The notes under the pieces are model-generated. The model did no database searches. It had not been told where the DNA came from and worked only from the letters and a program-made list of their open reading frames with translations. Below are positions 1 through 12,028 of a DNA stretch of 64,000 nucleotides, in pieces. This DNA is from Candidatus Limnocylindrales bacterium (GTDB lineage: Bacteria > Patescibacteriota > Microgenomatia > Levybacterales > UBA12049), in assembly GCA_035526025.1 (NCBI GenBank), contig DATLDE010000011.1, forward strand, positions 121,056 through 185,055. Direction: 5' to 3'. Made by a program: the position numbers and the translations under genes. The stretch's first letter is position 1. Each line of letters starts with the position of its first letter.

Positions 1-1
1 A

Positions 2-430
2 AAAAAAGGAGTACTGTATATCATACTTTCAGCTTTAATATTTGCAATTTTTCAGATATCAACTGCTGAACTTTCCAAATCAATAAGTGCCGCAACATAT
101 TTACTAACTGCATATCTAGGGACAACGATAGTTACGGGAATACTGTACGCAAAAACCATTAGAAAAGATCTGTTTCTGTTAAAAAACCGCATGCTACAGA
201 CTAGTAAGGTAATGCTATTTTCAAGTATTACAAGCCTGATACATTTTTCTTTCGCATATTTCGCATATAGAAGCGCGCCAGATAGCGGTGTAGTAGTTGT
301 TCTACTCACCTCCCAGGTAATTATCGCAGTTATATTAAGCATAATATTTTTAAAGGAACGAGATAGAATCGGACGAAAGCTTGTTGCAGGTCTTCTTGCG
401 GTTCTTGCCGGTTTTTTAATAAAAGGCTAA
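2..430 (+). CDS. EamA/DMT family transporter, 5'-partial
   Basis: Frame of ORF 191-430 is open back to the window edge; hydrophobic helices and DMT-type end 'LSIIFLKER..RKLVAGLLAV'. Confidence 0.75.
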   Translation, partial: KKGVLYIILSALIFAIFQISTAELSKSISAATYLLTAYLGTTIVTGILYAKTIRKDLFLLKNRMLQTSKVMLFSSITSLIHFSFAYFAYRSAPDSGVVVVLLTSQVIIAVILSIIFLKERDRIGRKLVAGLLAVLAGFLIKG

Positions 431-440
431 GTGCCAAACC

Positions 441-468
441 TTAATTCTTAATTCTTGCTTCTTAATTC
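441..468. repeat. Heptamer tandem repeat (TTAATTC)x4, imperfect
   Basis: ttaattc ttaattc ttgcttc ttaattc read directly. Confidence 0.7.
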
Positions 469-492
469 TGGCATTGGTACAATGCCAATGTT

Positions 493-1716
493 ATGAACCT
501 CGCATTCAGGATGCGTCCCCAAAATTTTGATGAATTTGTTGGACAGATTGATTTAGTTGGAAAAGACAAGATCCTCAGAAAAATGGTTGAGAGCAAATCT
601 CTGTCATCCATGATTTTCTGGGGACCCCCGGGATCAGGGAAAACAACTCTTGCACATATTGTTGCACGGGCTACAAATGCAGATTTCCATCATCTTTCAG
701 CAGTTGAAACAGGCAAAGCGGATTTGAGAGAAATAATCAAACTGGCAGAAATCTCCTTAAAAGATAAAAAGCGGACTATTCTTTTCATTGATGAAATACA
801 CCGCTGGAATAAAGCTCAGCAGGATGCACTTTTGCCATATGTTGAAAGCGGATTGATCACACTCATCGGCGCGACTACCGAAAATCCCTCATTTGAAATA
901 ATCAGCGCTCTTCTTTCAAGATCAAGAATATTTGTTTTAAAAAGTCTGGAAAAAAAAGATCTGGAAAAAATAATTGACGCGGCATTAAAAGATAAAAAAA
1001 AGGGAGTAGGGGATTCAAAAAAGAATATCGACAAGGACGCCTTGGAATTACTGACCCGTCTTTCTGGCGGTGATGCACGCATAATGCTAAATGCTCTGGA
1101 AATGGCAGCGACTACTTACAAGGAAAAAAAGATAAATTCAGAAATAATAAAAGAAATTTTTCAGACAAGATCAGCTGGTCTTTATGACAAAAAAGCAGAT
1201 GAACATTACAATATAATTTCTGCATTCATCAAATCAATGAGAGGATCAGATATTGACGCAGCGCTGTATTATCTTGTCCGGATGCTTGAAAATAGCGAAG
1301 ATCCCAAATTTATTGCTAGGCGTATGATCATCTTCGCATCAGAAGACATAGGGATGGCGGACAGGGGAGCACTTATCCAAGCCAACGAGGCATTTGAAGC
1401 AGTTACTAAAATAGGCATGCCGGAGTCACAGCTCATCCTGGCACACATAGTGATTTATCTGGCAAGTGCCAAAAAATCAAGAGCAGTGCCCAACGCATTG
1501 GGCAAGGCCAAACAAGCAGTTTATGAATTCCCAAATGAACCGATTCCAATGCATCTTAGAAACGCCCCAACCAAACTCATGAAAAATCTTGGTTATGGTA
1601 AAGAATACGAATGGTCCGACAAGCATGTCGGCCCGAACAAGGAACTGTCTTTTCTACCTGAAAAATTAAAGGAAAGGAGATTTTATGATTACGAAAGAAA
1701 GAACACCGACAAATAA
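493..1716 (+). CDS. rarA: Replication-associated recombination protein A (RarA/MgsA AAA+ ATPase)
   Basis: LA.RMRP start, Walker A GPPGSGKT, FIDEIHRWNKAQQD, GATTENPSF, SAFIKSMRGSD, ASEDIG. Confidence 0.95.
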   Translation: MNLAFRMRPQNFDEFVGQIDLVGKDKILRKMVESKSLSSMIFWGPPGSGKTTLAHIVARATNADFHHLSAVETGKADLREIIKLAEISLKDKKRTILFIDEIHRWNKAQQDALLPYVESGLITLIGATTENPSFEIISALLSRSRIFVLKSLEKKDLEKIIDAALKDKKKGVGDSKKNIDKDALELLTRLSGGDARIMLNALEMAATTYKEKKINSEIIKEIFQTRSAGLYDKKADEHYNIISAFIKSMRGSDIDAALYYLVRMLENSEDPKFIARRMIIFASEDIGMADRGALIQANEAFEAVTKIGMPESQLILAHIVIYLASAKKSRAVPNALGKAKQAVYEFPNEPIPMHLRNAPTKLMKNLGYGKEYEWSDKHVGPNKELSFLPEKLKERRFYDYERKNTDK

Positions 1717-2203
1717 TGAGTTGCTGCATTTAAATCCTGCGACTCTAGCAATGGTACTTTTTATTGACGCCAGCGATAACTTTCCTGCTTCATTTCCTCA
1801 TCAAGCTGCGTACATAGCAATCGAGTGCAAGAAACTGGATAATTATTCACCCAATAAATTAAAAGATGCTCTTCGATCTAGCCCAGAAAAGATTTCCAAG
1901 CTTAACAAACTGGCTGCTCGTAGGCATAAAGATAACTCAAACGCACCAAAAAACGTAAATCCAAGTGTAATGACAGGATTAATGCATGGAATAATAATAT
2001 ATTCATTTAGTCTTGCGTATGATTTAATGTACGTTCCAGAACCGGATCTTGAACAATTTCTCTTATCCTACATACCTAAAGGAGGTTATAACAACACCTT
2101 AATGCAGCATGAAGCAGAGGGTTTAGTCAAAAAGCATCGGGGACCAGAATTTGGCCGCTGGGGAAGAATAATATACAAACATCCCTCTGATCAGAATACT
2201 TGA
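1685..2203 (+). CDS. Hypothetical protein
   Basis: 172-aa ORF filling the gap between rarA and patatin; no recognised motif. Confidence 0.55.
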   Translation: MITKERTPTNNELLHLNPATLAMVLFIDASDNFPASFPHQAAYIAIECKKLDNYSPNKLKDALRSSPEKISKLNKLAARRHKDNSNAPKNVNPSVMTGLMHGIIIYSFSLAYDLMYVPEPDLEQFLLSYIPKGGYNNTLMQHEAEGLVKKHRGPEFGRWGRIIYKHPSDQNT

Positions 2204-2222
2204 AATAAAGTGACTGCTTAAA

Positions 2223-3116
2223 TTACATAAATTTTTTGAAAAAAGAGAAGAGTTTACTAATCGCGCTTTTTTCTTTCTTGTCCTGGGCCTGCCGAATGGA
2301 TTGATTATTTGCAATCAACTTACGGATTTCCGGAATTGCTTTCCCTGCTGCTTCTTCCCCCGCTTTAATAATACTCTCTGCTTTTTTGTTATCAAAAAAG
2401 TATTTCCATCCGACCAGTCCTGTATTTGGACTTGATGGAGATATAATTATATCTGCGTTTTTTAGTGAATGAAATGTAAGATTATGCCTCAAAATATTGA
2501 CTGAAAACATAGGAATTCCAGCAAGTGCCGGAATTTTCTTGACAGGCGTATAGAAATAAGCGCTTTCGGCATTTACGGCTATTACGATATCAGCTCCCAT
2601 GCCTTTTACAACTTCAACAGGTACAGGATCAGAAAGCCCACCGTCGGCAAGAGATTTTTTGCCAAAGGTAACAGGTGTAAATACAGGCGGCACAGATATA
2701 CTCGCTCGGACAGCCTTTGCGAGATCACCGCTTCTGAGGATTACCTCTTCTGCACTTTTCATATCCGTTGCAACAGCAGCAAATGGAATACGCAGATTAT
2801 CAAAATTAGCATCTTTAAGAATACTATTAATTAATAATTCAATTTTATCTCCTTTTATAATTCCACCTTTCATGATGGGATCAAAAAGCCTATATCCTTG
2901 TAATGCATTCAGGCCTAAGATAAAATCTTCAAGTTTTTCCATTGACGGATTTGCAGCATAATATGCACCTATCAGAGAACCAATGCTGGTTCCCGCAATG
3001 TAGTCAATCTTTATCCCTGCACCACTCAAAGCCTTGAGAACTCCTATATGGGCAAGGCCTTTTGCACCCCCACTTCCGAGAGCCAGGCCAATTTTTGGGG
3101 AAATGTTTTTACTCAT
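2223..3116 (-). CDS. Patatin-like phospholipase (RssA/NTE family)
   Basis: LGSGGAKG, GTSIG nucleophile motif, DGG motif; start taken at MSKNISP. Confidence 0.92.
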   Translation of the reverse strand: MSKNISPKIGLALGSGGAKGLAHIGVLKALSGAGIKIDYIAGTSIGSLIGAYYAANPSMEKLEDFILGLNALQGYRLFDPIMKGGIIKGDKIELLINSILKDANFDNLRIPFAAVATDMKSAEEVILRSGDLAKAVRASISVPPVFTPVTFGKKSLADGGLSDPVPVEVVKGMGADIVIAVNAESAYFYTPVKKIPALAGIPMFSVNILRHNLTFHSLKNADIIISPSSPNTGLVGWKYFFDNKKAESIIKAGEEAAGKAIPEIRKLIANNQSIRQAQDKKEKSAISKLFSFFKKFM

Positions 3117-4158
3117 GTGATTTTTTTGCCAATTTGTAGTAACTTGTTTTGGTGCTCCCGAATTTTTCAACAATTCCTTTATTCACAAGTGACGCAAGAA
3201 GTGAATGCGCCTGTTGACGTGATACACCAAATTCTTTTTCAAGATCTGAGGTCTTGATGGCTTTTTTCTCAATAATTATTTGCAGAACTTCTTCTTGACG
3301 GGACGATACAAGGACCCGCTTCTCACCAGTTATCTCATCAAGATTTGATTGCTGTAGCTGACTAAGTCTAGCCTGTGCAGATTGTAAAGAGGTGGCAATT
3401 CCCTCTAGAAAATACTCAAGCCAGGCGGTCTTATCCCCACTATCTGCAGTATGCAATGTATCTGAATAAAGATGGCGGTCAACATCATAGTAATCATCAA
3501 GTATAAAATACTTTGCGACCTCATAATGTTGGAGTATTAAATAGTATGTTGTAAGAACACGCCCAATTCTACCATTTCCATCAAGAAATGGATGAATATA
3601 CGCAAATTGATGGTGCAGAATCCCAGCCTTAAGAAGAGGATGAATCTCTTTTTCTTCAGTTAACCACTTATAGACTTCATCAAGAGCTTTTATGATCTCT
3701 TCTTTTTTGTGATGTGGCGGATTATGCTTTACTACCAGCTGATCACCTTCTTTATGCCCGACAAAAACGCCAGCGTCTCTAAGTCCCCACTTATCCTTAG
3801 TCTCAAGCCCATCCATAAGCTGTGCATGCAGTTTCTCAGTTAACTCGACAGTAATTGGGGTTTTTTGACGGGCGAGATTGGAGAGTCTTGTCAATATCTC
3901 GAAATAATTCTTTACCTCTTTTTCAGATTTTGTTGTGGGTATCTGGTCCCCCAAAATAACATTGGTCACATCTTGCGGAGAGAGGGGATTACCCTCAATA
4001 CTTGTTGAGTAATGAGTTGCTAGAATTTGATTCTCCTGAAAAAGCCTGACAGTTAGTGAGGGGATGAGCTTTTCAGCATGCAATTGACCATACATCCGCT
4101 CGATCATGCCCAAGGTTGAAAGCATTTTGAGAGTTAGGCTGAATTTAGGCTCATACAT
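3109..4158 (-). CDS. Fic family protein with N-terminal inhibitory motif and C-terminal HTH
   Basis: HPFLDGNGRIGR Fic motif, STSIEGN inhibitory motif, C-terminal wHTH-like segment; start at MYEPKF. Confidence 0.92.
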   Translation of the reverse strand: MYEPKFSLTLKMLSTLGMIERMYGQLHAEKLIPSLTVRLFQENQILATHYSTSIEGNPLSPQDVTNVILGDQIPTTKSEKEVKNYFEILTRLSNLARQKTPITVELTEKLHAQLMDGLETKDKWGLRDAGVFVGHKEGDQLVVKHNPPHHKKEEIIKALDEVYKWLTEEKEIHPLLKAGILHHQFAYIHPFLDGNGRIGRVLTTYYLILQHYEVAKYFILDDYYDVDRHLYSDTLHTADSGDKTAWLEYFLEGIATSLQSAQARLSQLQQSNLDEITGEKRVLVSSRQEEVLQIIIEKKAIKTSDLEKEFGVSRQQAHSLLASLVNKGIVEKFGSTKTSYYKLAKKSHE

Positions 4159-4164
4159 AGTCAA

Positions 4165-4193
4165 ATTATAACACAAAAAGGTTTAATTGTCAA
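4165..4193 (-). promoter_or_regulatory. Sigma70 promoter of fic (leaderless)
   Basis: TTGACA (4193-4188), 17 bp, TATAAT (4170-4165), ATG 6 nt downstream. Confidence 0.8.
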
Positions 4194-4260
4194 GTTATTT
4201 GTCAATATATATGTAAACAACATATATTTGTCAACTTATTTGTAAAGTTATATGTAATAC
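4185..4260. repeat. Six 12-bp-period direct repeats (wTGTmAA core) in two triplets
   Basis: Units at 4187, 4199, 4211 and 4228, 4240, 4252. Confidence 0.7.
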
Positions 4261-4619
4261 TACTCTAGATCTATTTTTGACGCCATGATAAAATCATTTT
4301 CCGATAAACCCCCAATAGCATGGGTGCTTAGAGTTAATTTTACCTTATTCCATGAATGTAGATAAATATCTGGGTGATGACCCTCTGATTCAGCAAGTAC
4401 TCCAACTTTATTTACAAACCCAAGAGCTTCTTGGAAATTTTTGAATTTGTATTCTTTGACAATACGTTTTTCCTCAATATCTATCCAGTCCTTAAGCTCA
4501 TTTCGTAAATAAGCGCGGTATTCATCATGTTTTAAAGGCTTAACCCCACCTTCACAAGGAACACATTTTTTGTTTTTTAAATTATTATCTAATTTCATTA
4601 ATTCCTCCTGTTTTGTCAT
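4260..4619 (-). CDS. phhB: Pterin-4-alpha-carbinolamine dehydratase
   Basis: KKCVPCEGG, FKNF..A..FVN, AESEGHHPD, THAIGGLSENDF; alternative start 4598. Confidence 0.92.
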   Translation of the reverse strand: MTKQEELMKLDNNLKNKKCVPCEGGVKPLKHDEYRAYLRNELKDWIDIEEKRIVKEYKFKNFQEALGFVNKVGVLAESEGHHPDIYLHSWNKVKLTLSTHAIGGLSENDFIMASKIDLE

Positions 4620-4932
4620 AGTACTCTTTTGATTGGCTAAATAACCACGGATCTCTTACGCTACAAATCCTAATCTCATAATTCTCCCATACTTTTTCTA
4701 ATATATATGGTTCAATGCTCAACCATTTTTGCAAATCAGTATATGTTTCAAAATTCATTATTAGTGCTGATCCAATTGCTTCACCATTTTCATTAGTCAG
4801 GGCAGCACCAAACCAAAAGTTTCCATTCTTCATCAACTTATTACCAAGTTCAATATGCTTGGGTCGCGCCATTTTCCTTCTCTCTCTGGCGTTCTCATCC
4901 TTTGCATCATGTCCAATAACTAAATATTGCAT
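4585..4932 (-). CDS. YciI family protein
   Basis: RR..ARPKH, GA..GS.LI, EPY....VW pattern. Confidence 0.85.
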   Translation of the reverse strand: MQYLVIGHDAKDENARERRKMARPKHIELGNKLMKNGNFWFGAALTNENGEAIGSALIMNFETYTDLQKWLSIEPYILEKVWENYEIRICSVRDPWLFSQSKEYYDKTGGINEIR

Positions 4933-4998
4933 GTTTTTATTTTATCACAATGCATAGCTTGAAATTTATTAAGCGTATAGTGTAAGATATATAAATAA

Positions 4999-6954
<1,956 letters not shown>

Positions 6955-7011
6955 GTTTGTAAACAAATTGAGATATTCACTCATGTTATAATTGATAAAA
7001 CAATAATTTAT

Positions 7012-7554
7012 ATGCCAGATTTTAATAAAATACTTACACCAGGAAATATTGACGAGGGATGGGTCAATGCTATTATAGATATCCCCGAAGGTTCCTCTCT
7101 TAAAATAGAATATGATAGAGCGCATGGTATTTTTATGCTGGACAGAGCAGAACCGAATATTTTCCCAAAACCAGTCAATTATGGATTTATTCCGGCTACA
7201 AAAGATGAGGATGGTGACGAATTAGACGTTCTCTTAGTCTGCTCAGAACCAATCCCTACTGGAGTACTCGTCAAATCAAAAATTATCGGTATCTTTAATT
7301 TCGAAGACGGTGGGGAAATGGATTACAAAATTGTCTGCGTTCCTTATGATGACCGCAATACTGGTGATAGTATCAAATCCCTTGATGATTTAGGAACTAG
7401 ATGGAAAGAAAAAATTGAATATCATTTCGCACATTATAAAGATCTTAAAAAGCCAGGGACAACGAAAGTATTAGGATGGGGAAATGTAGAGGATGCAAAA
7501 AAAATAATTAATGAATGTATCAAAACCTACAATGATGAAGGTTTCTCCGAATAA
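7012..7554 (+). CDS. ppa: Family I inorganic pyrophosphatase
   Basis: NYGFIPAT, DGDELD metal motif, D.KI, F.HYKDL. Confidence 0.93.
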   Translation: MPDFNKILTPGNIDEGWVNAIIDIPEGSSLKIEYDRAHGIFMLDRAEPNIFPKPVNYGFIPATKDEDGDELDVLLVCSEPIPTGVLVKSKIIGIFNFEDGGEMDYKIVCVPYDDRNTGDSIKSLDDLGTRWKEKIEYHFAHYKDLKKPGTTKVLGWGNVEDAKKIINECIKTYNDEGFSE

Positions 7555-7589
7555 AAAATGAGCGTATCAATTAATTATAAATTCATTTT

Positions 7590-10142
7590 ATGAACATAGG
7601 TAAATTACAACCAACAAATATCTCAGAGGAGATGAAGAAATCGTATTTGAATTATGCGATGTCTGTTATCGTGGCTCGTGCACTTCCTGACGTCCGGGAT
7701 GGCCTCAAACCAGTTCATAGAAGAATTCTGTACGCTATGAATGAGATGGGTCTTGGCCCGACTGGCAAATTCCTCAAATCCGCACGTATAGTTGGAGAGA
7801 CCATGGGAAAATACCACCCTCATGGAAACATGGCAATTTACGATTCACTCGTTCGTCTGGCACAGGATTTTTCAATGCGATATCCACTTATCCTAGGTCA
7901 GGGTAACTTCGGTTCAGTTGATGGTGATCCGCCAGCTGCTGATCGTTATACAGAAGCCAAACTCCAACACATCACAATGGAGATGCTTCATGATTTGGAT
8001 AAAGAAACAGTTGATTTCGGCCCAAATTATGATGGGTCATTCCAAGAACCTTTATATCTTCCGGCCAAACTTCCTAACTTACTACTTATGGGTGCTGAAG
8101 GTATTGCTGTTGGTATGGCAACCAAAATTCCACCACACAATCTTGGAGAAGTGATAGACGCAATTACATATCTAATTGATAAATCCAAAATTGAAATTCT
8201 AAAAGAAAACGAACCAAAACCTCTTGATCCTAAAGACCCAGACTCAAAAGCATCACCTATACAAAGCTCTGCTGTCTCATTGCACACAGAAGTAACTATT
8301 GATGAACTACTACAATTCATTAAAGGCCCTGATTTTCCAACAGCAGGCTCAATTTATGATCAGACAGAAATCAAAAACGCATATATCACAGGGCGGGGGA
8401 AGATAATTATCCGGGGCAAAGCAGAAATTGAAGAAATAGGACAGGGAAAATCAGCAATTATCATAACAGAGCTTCCGTACCAGGTAAATAAAGCAATACT
8501 GATAACCCGCATCGCTGATCTTGCTAAAGAGAAAAAGATTGAAGGAATATCTGATCTAAGAGACGAATCAGATAGACGCGGAATGAGAATTTATGTCGAG
8601 CTGAAAAGAGACGCATTCCCCAAGAAAGTTTTAAATAATCTCTTTAAACACACATCCATGCAGACTAGTTTCCCCGTCAACATGGTCGCACTAGTCAATG
8701 GAACTCCTCAAATTCTTAACCTTAAAGTAATTCTTGAAGAGTATATAAAACATCGCTATATCGTTGTCAGAAAAAGATCAGAATTTGAGTTGAGACAAGC
8801 AAAAGCAAGGCTTCATATACTCGAGGGGCTCAAAATAGCAGTTGATAATATCGATGCTGTGATTGCAACAATCAGAGGCTCCAAAGACCAGGAAGACGCC
8901 AAACAAAACCTTATGGGAAAATTCAAACTATCAGAAATCCAGTCAGTTGCTATTTTGGATCTTCAACTGCGAAGACTTGCAGCTCTTGAGAGACAAAAGA
9001 TTGAAGACGAACTCATGATGGTCAAAGAGACAATTGCGTACCTTGAAGATCTGCTAGCGCACAGTGAGAAAATACTTGATGTGATCAAAGGTGAAATTCT
9101 GAAATTAAGAGAAAAATATGCTGATGCAAGACGCACAAAAGTGTATAAGGGTAAAGTCGGCGAGTTCTCAGAAGAAGATTTGATAGCAAATGAACCAACT
9201 GTTATCACCATCACAAACACAGGCTACATCAAACGCCAATCACTAACCTCATTCCACACCCAGCATAGGGGAGGAAAGGGAATAACAGGAATGAATGTAA
9301 AAGACGAGGATGGAATTGCACACATCCGGTATGCTCAGACACATGATAATATAATTTTCTTCACAAATAAAGGAAAAGGATATGCTCTCCGTGCTTATGA
9401 AATTGCAGAAAGCTCAAGAACAAGTAAGGGATCAGCCGTTGTAAATCTACTTAATATCGAACAGGGTGAAAAAGTGGAGTCATTTGTGGTAATGAATAAA
9501 ACAGTTAAAGCAGGCTACGTCTTCCTCACTACAAGAAACGGTACAGTTAAAAAGAGCAAGCTCTCAGAATTTGAGAACATCAGACGAAATGGCATGATCT
9601 CAATCAAGTTAGATAAGGGGGATGAATTAGTCTGGAGCAATATCAGTATTGGCACAAATGAGATATTGCTTGTTACCAAACAAGGTAAAGCAATTAAATT
9701 CTCAGAAACTGCAGTCAGACCAATGGGACGTGCTACAACCGGTGTACGAGGTATCAAGATTGACTCGACTGATCAAGTTATCGGAATGGCAGTTATAACA
9801 AAAGATGACGATGCAAATGTACTGGTAATTATGGAAAATGGTCTTGGGAAAAAGAGTCCGCTTAAACAGTTCCCGCTTCAGGGGAGAGGTGGACAAGGCG
9901 TAAAAGTGGCCAAAGTTACACCAAAAACAGGACAGGTTGTCATAGCACAAGTTATACCACCGGGATGTGAAGAAGTGATAATCACATCAAGAAAAGGACA
10001 GATTGTGAAACTCCTTACAGCGCAAGTTCCGAAATTATCACGTGACACTCAAGGAGTTATCCTGATGCGCTTCTCAGACGCAAATGACAAGGTAGCCTCA
10101 GCGACCTGCATTGAGAAAACCATAGAAAAAACCGCTGCTTAA
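7590..10142 (+). CDS. gyrA: DNA gyrase subunit A
   Basis: [21 protein letters not shown], catalytic RYTE, GyrA-box QHRGGKG, C-terminal pinwheel repeats. Confidence 0.98.
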   Translation: MNIGKLQPTNISEEMKKSYLNYAMSVIVARALPDVRDGLKPVHRRILYAMNEMGLGPTGKFLKSARIVGETMGKYHPHGNMAIYDSLVRLAQDFSMRYPLILGQGNFGSVDGDPPAADRYTEAKLQHITMEMLHDLDKETVDFGPNYDGSFQEPLYLPAKLPNLLLMGAEGIAVGMATKIPPHNLGEVIDAITYLIDKSKIEILKENEPKPLDPKDPDSKASPIQSSAVSLHTEVTIDELLQFIKGPDFPTAGSIYDQTEIKNAYITGRGKIIIRGKAEIEEIGQGKSAIIITELPYQVNKAILITRIADLAKEKKIEGISDLRDESDRRGMRIYVELKRDAFPKKVLNNLFKHTSMQTSFPVNMVALVNGTPQILNLKVILEEYIKHRYIVVRKRSEFELRQAKARLHILEGLKIAVDNIDAVIATIRGSKDQEDAKQNLMGKFKLSEIQSVAILDLQLRRLAALERQKIEDELMMVKETIAYLEDLLAHSEKILDVIKGEILKLREKYADARRTKVYKGKVGEFSEEDLIANEPTVITITNTGYIKRQSLTSFHTQHRGGKGITGMNVKDEDGIAHIRYAQTHDNIIFFTNKGKGYALRAYEIAESSRTSKGSAVVNLLNIEQGEKVESFVVMNKTVKAGYVFLTTRNGTVKKSKLSEFENIRRNGMISIKLDKGDELVWSNISIGTNEILLVTKQGKAIKFSETAVRPMGRATTGVRGIKIDSTDQVIGMAVITKDDDANVLVIMENGLGKKSPLKQFPLQGRGGQGVKVAKVTPKTGQVVIAQVIPPGCEEVIITSRKGQIVKLLTAQVPKLSRDTQGVILMRFSDANDKVASATCIEKTIEKTAA

Positions 10143-10143
10143 T

Positions 10144-10473
10144 ATGCGGATTTGGGATTTGTCTCCATCTATTCTTTGCCGCAAACACCTTCTCGGAGAA
10201 CATCTTGAATTGCATTCTATATGGACAGTCATAACACAAAATAAAAAAGGCTACTCAAGGCATCCCGAAACACTAAGATGGGTGGGGAAACTAAAAGCGC
10301 TATATAACCGACATGACCATCTGGTCAATGAAATGAAAAATAGAGGATACAACCATCACAGCGATTTGGATAAAAAACTTGCTACCGGAAGCTCAAAGCA
10401 AACTACATTTATAAACACGCCAGATGAGCAATTGGAAATTATTAAAGGTAAAAAATGCTCTTGTAAGATCTAA
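10144..10473 (+). CDS. Pyrimidine-dimer DNA glycosylase/endonuclease V-like protein
   Basis: MRIW...LCRKHLLGEH.ELH, HPET.RW, EM..RGY.H. Confidence 0.82.
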   Translation: MRIWDLSPSILCRKHLLGEHLELHSIWTVITQNKKGYSRHPETLRWVGKLKALYNRHDHLVNEMKNRGYNHHSDLDKKLATGSSKQTTFINTPDEQLEIIKGKKCSCKI

Positions 10474-10495
10474 TATCAGCGATCGCTATCGAGTC

Positions 10496-11101
10496 TTAAC
10501 AAGACCCCTGAGGAATCTCGATGATTACTGTTTCAAACCCAGTGCTCTTGAGTAATGTAGCCAACTGATTCCGGGCATTCTTTGATGCTTCATCCAGAAT
10601 TCCACCCTTACATGCTGCATCTTTTATTACTTTTTCAGCCTCAGATCTGGCTTCTGATTCAAGATTGCGATCACCTTTTGTGAGGAGTCCCTGCTGCCTG
10701 TCATAGACTCTAGTTTGATCACTGTCCAATTTCGTAACTAGTATTTCGGGAGCTGGCAGAGTAAGTCTCAATGTACTCCCTTCAATTTTTATATTCTCGT
10801 CTTTTATTTTACTCATATCAAATCCTGCGATTACAGAACCGTGGGCAATCAGAAGAATTCTATCACCAACTAGTAATTGGCTGATTTTACTTCCACTTGT
10901 TCCTACAGCTATTATTTTTTCAATTGTATAGGAGGATGTTTCAAGCCTGTTAAGAGAACGTACTTGCTTGATAACTGTTTGAGAGCTCAGATTTACAGTG
11001 TATTCAGAACGAGGCTTACTCAAGCGCTGATATACAAGAAGAGCAACTATCAAAACAAAAAAAATTGCGATAACTTTTATAGCAAAACTCGCGTTCTTCA
11101 T
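10496..11101 (-). CDS. DUF4230 membrane-anchored protein
   Basis: N-terminal TM helix, G.VIAGFDMS, LPAPEI, GILDEA..NA; start uncertain. Confidence 0.85.
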   Translation of the reverse strand: MKNASFAIKVIAIFFVLIVALLVYQRLSKPRSEYTVNLSSQTVIKQVRSLNRLETSSYTIEKIIAVGTSGSKISQLLVGDRILLIAHGSVIAGFDMSKIKDENIKIEGSTLRLTLPAPEILVTKLDSDQTRVYDRQQGLLTKGDRNLESEARSEAEKVIKDAACKGGILDEASKNARNQLATLLKSTGFETVIIEIPQGSC

Positions 11102-11144
11102 AATTATATCCCGATTATACATTAATAAGGTATAATAATAAACA

Positions 11145-12023
11145 ATGGCCACAAAAACACCTGAAAAGGAAGGATTTATTGATGTAACAGGAGGAAAAGT
11201 TTGGTATAAGATAGTTGGTGAAAAAAAAGGTACGCCTCTGATAGTTCTCCATGGCGGACCTGGCTATCCACATGACTATTTAGAACCTCTAGAAGATTTA
11301 GCAGAGGACCGACAGGTAATATTCTATGATCAGCTAGGGTGCGGTAATTCTGAGAGACCAGAAGATAAAAAATTATGGACCATCGAAAGATTTGTTGAGG
11401 AACTGGAACAAGTGATAACAAATCTGGGACTAACGCACTATAACTTAATTGGACATTCTTGGGGAGCTACACTTTCAATCTGCTACGCATTAACTAATCC
11501 AACCGGGCTTAAAAGCATTATTCTTGCAGATCCATATTTAAGTACACCAATCTGGGAAAATGATGCAAAAATGCTCATCAAAACTCTTCCACAAGAAACT
11601 CAAATGTCTTTGAACAAACATAATTTACCTGGTTTTACAAAAACAGAAGAGTTTCAAAAAGCTTCTGATGTTTATTACAAACATTTTGTATATGGCATGG
11701 AATCATTACCTGCAGCTGTTAAAAAAGCGAACAAAAAATTTAGTAGTATCATTTATAATCAAATGTGGGGACCAAAAGAGTTTGCGCCTACTGGGACATT
11801 AATAGAACTTGATCTTACGCCAGAGCTTAAAAAAATTACTTTTCCAGTGCTAATTATTTGCGGACGGTATGATGAGGCTACTCCCGAGGCGGGAGAATAT
11901 TTCAAAAAACTTATACCCAAATCCCAACTTAAAATTTTGGAGAATAGCGCTCATTTTTCGCATTGGACAGATAGAAAAGAATACATGAGTACTGTAAAAG
12001 CATTTTTAAAAGAGCTAGACTAA
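11145..12023 (+). CDS. Proline iminopeptidase family alpha/beta hydrolase
   Basis: HGGPG, YDQLGCGNS, GHSWG, GRYDE, SAH. Confidence 0.92.
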   Translation: MATKTPEKEGFIDVTGGKVWYKIVGEKKGTPLIVLHGGPGYPHDYLEPLEDLAEDRQVIFYDQLGCGNSERPEDKKLWTIERFVEELEQVITNLGLTHYNLIGHSWGATLSICYALTNPTGLKSIILADPYLSTPIWENDAKMLIKTLPQETQMSLNKHNLPGFTKTEEFQKASDVYYKHFVYGMESLPAAVKKANKKFSSIIYNQMWGPKEFAPTGTLIELDLTPELKKITFPVLIICGRYDEATPEAGEYFKKLIPKSQLKILENSAHFSHWTDRKEYMSTVKAFLKELD

Positions 12024-12028
12024 TCAAT

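Noticed and set aside
4185-4260. CRISPR array (also considered 19101-19196 and 28116-29075)
   Set aside because: Repeat units are 7-12 bp without unique spacers, and there are no cas genes.
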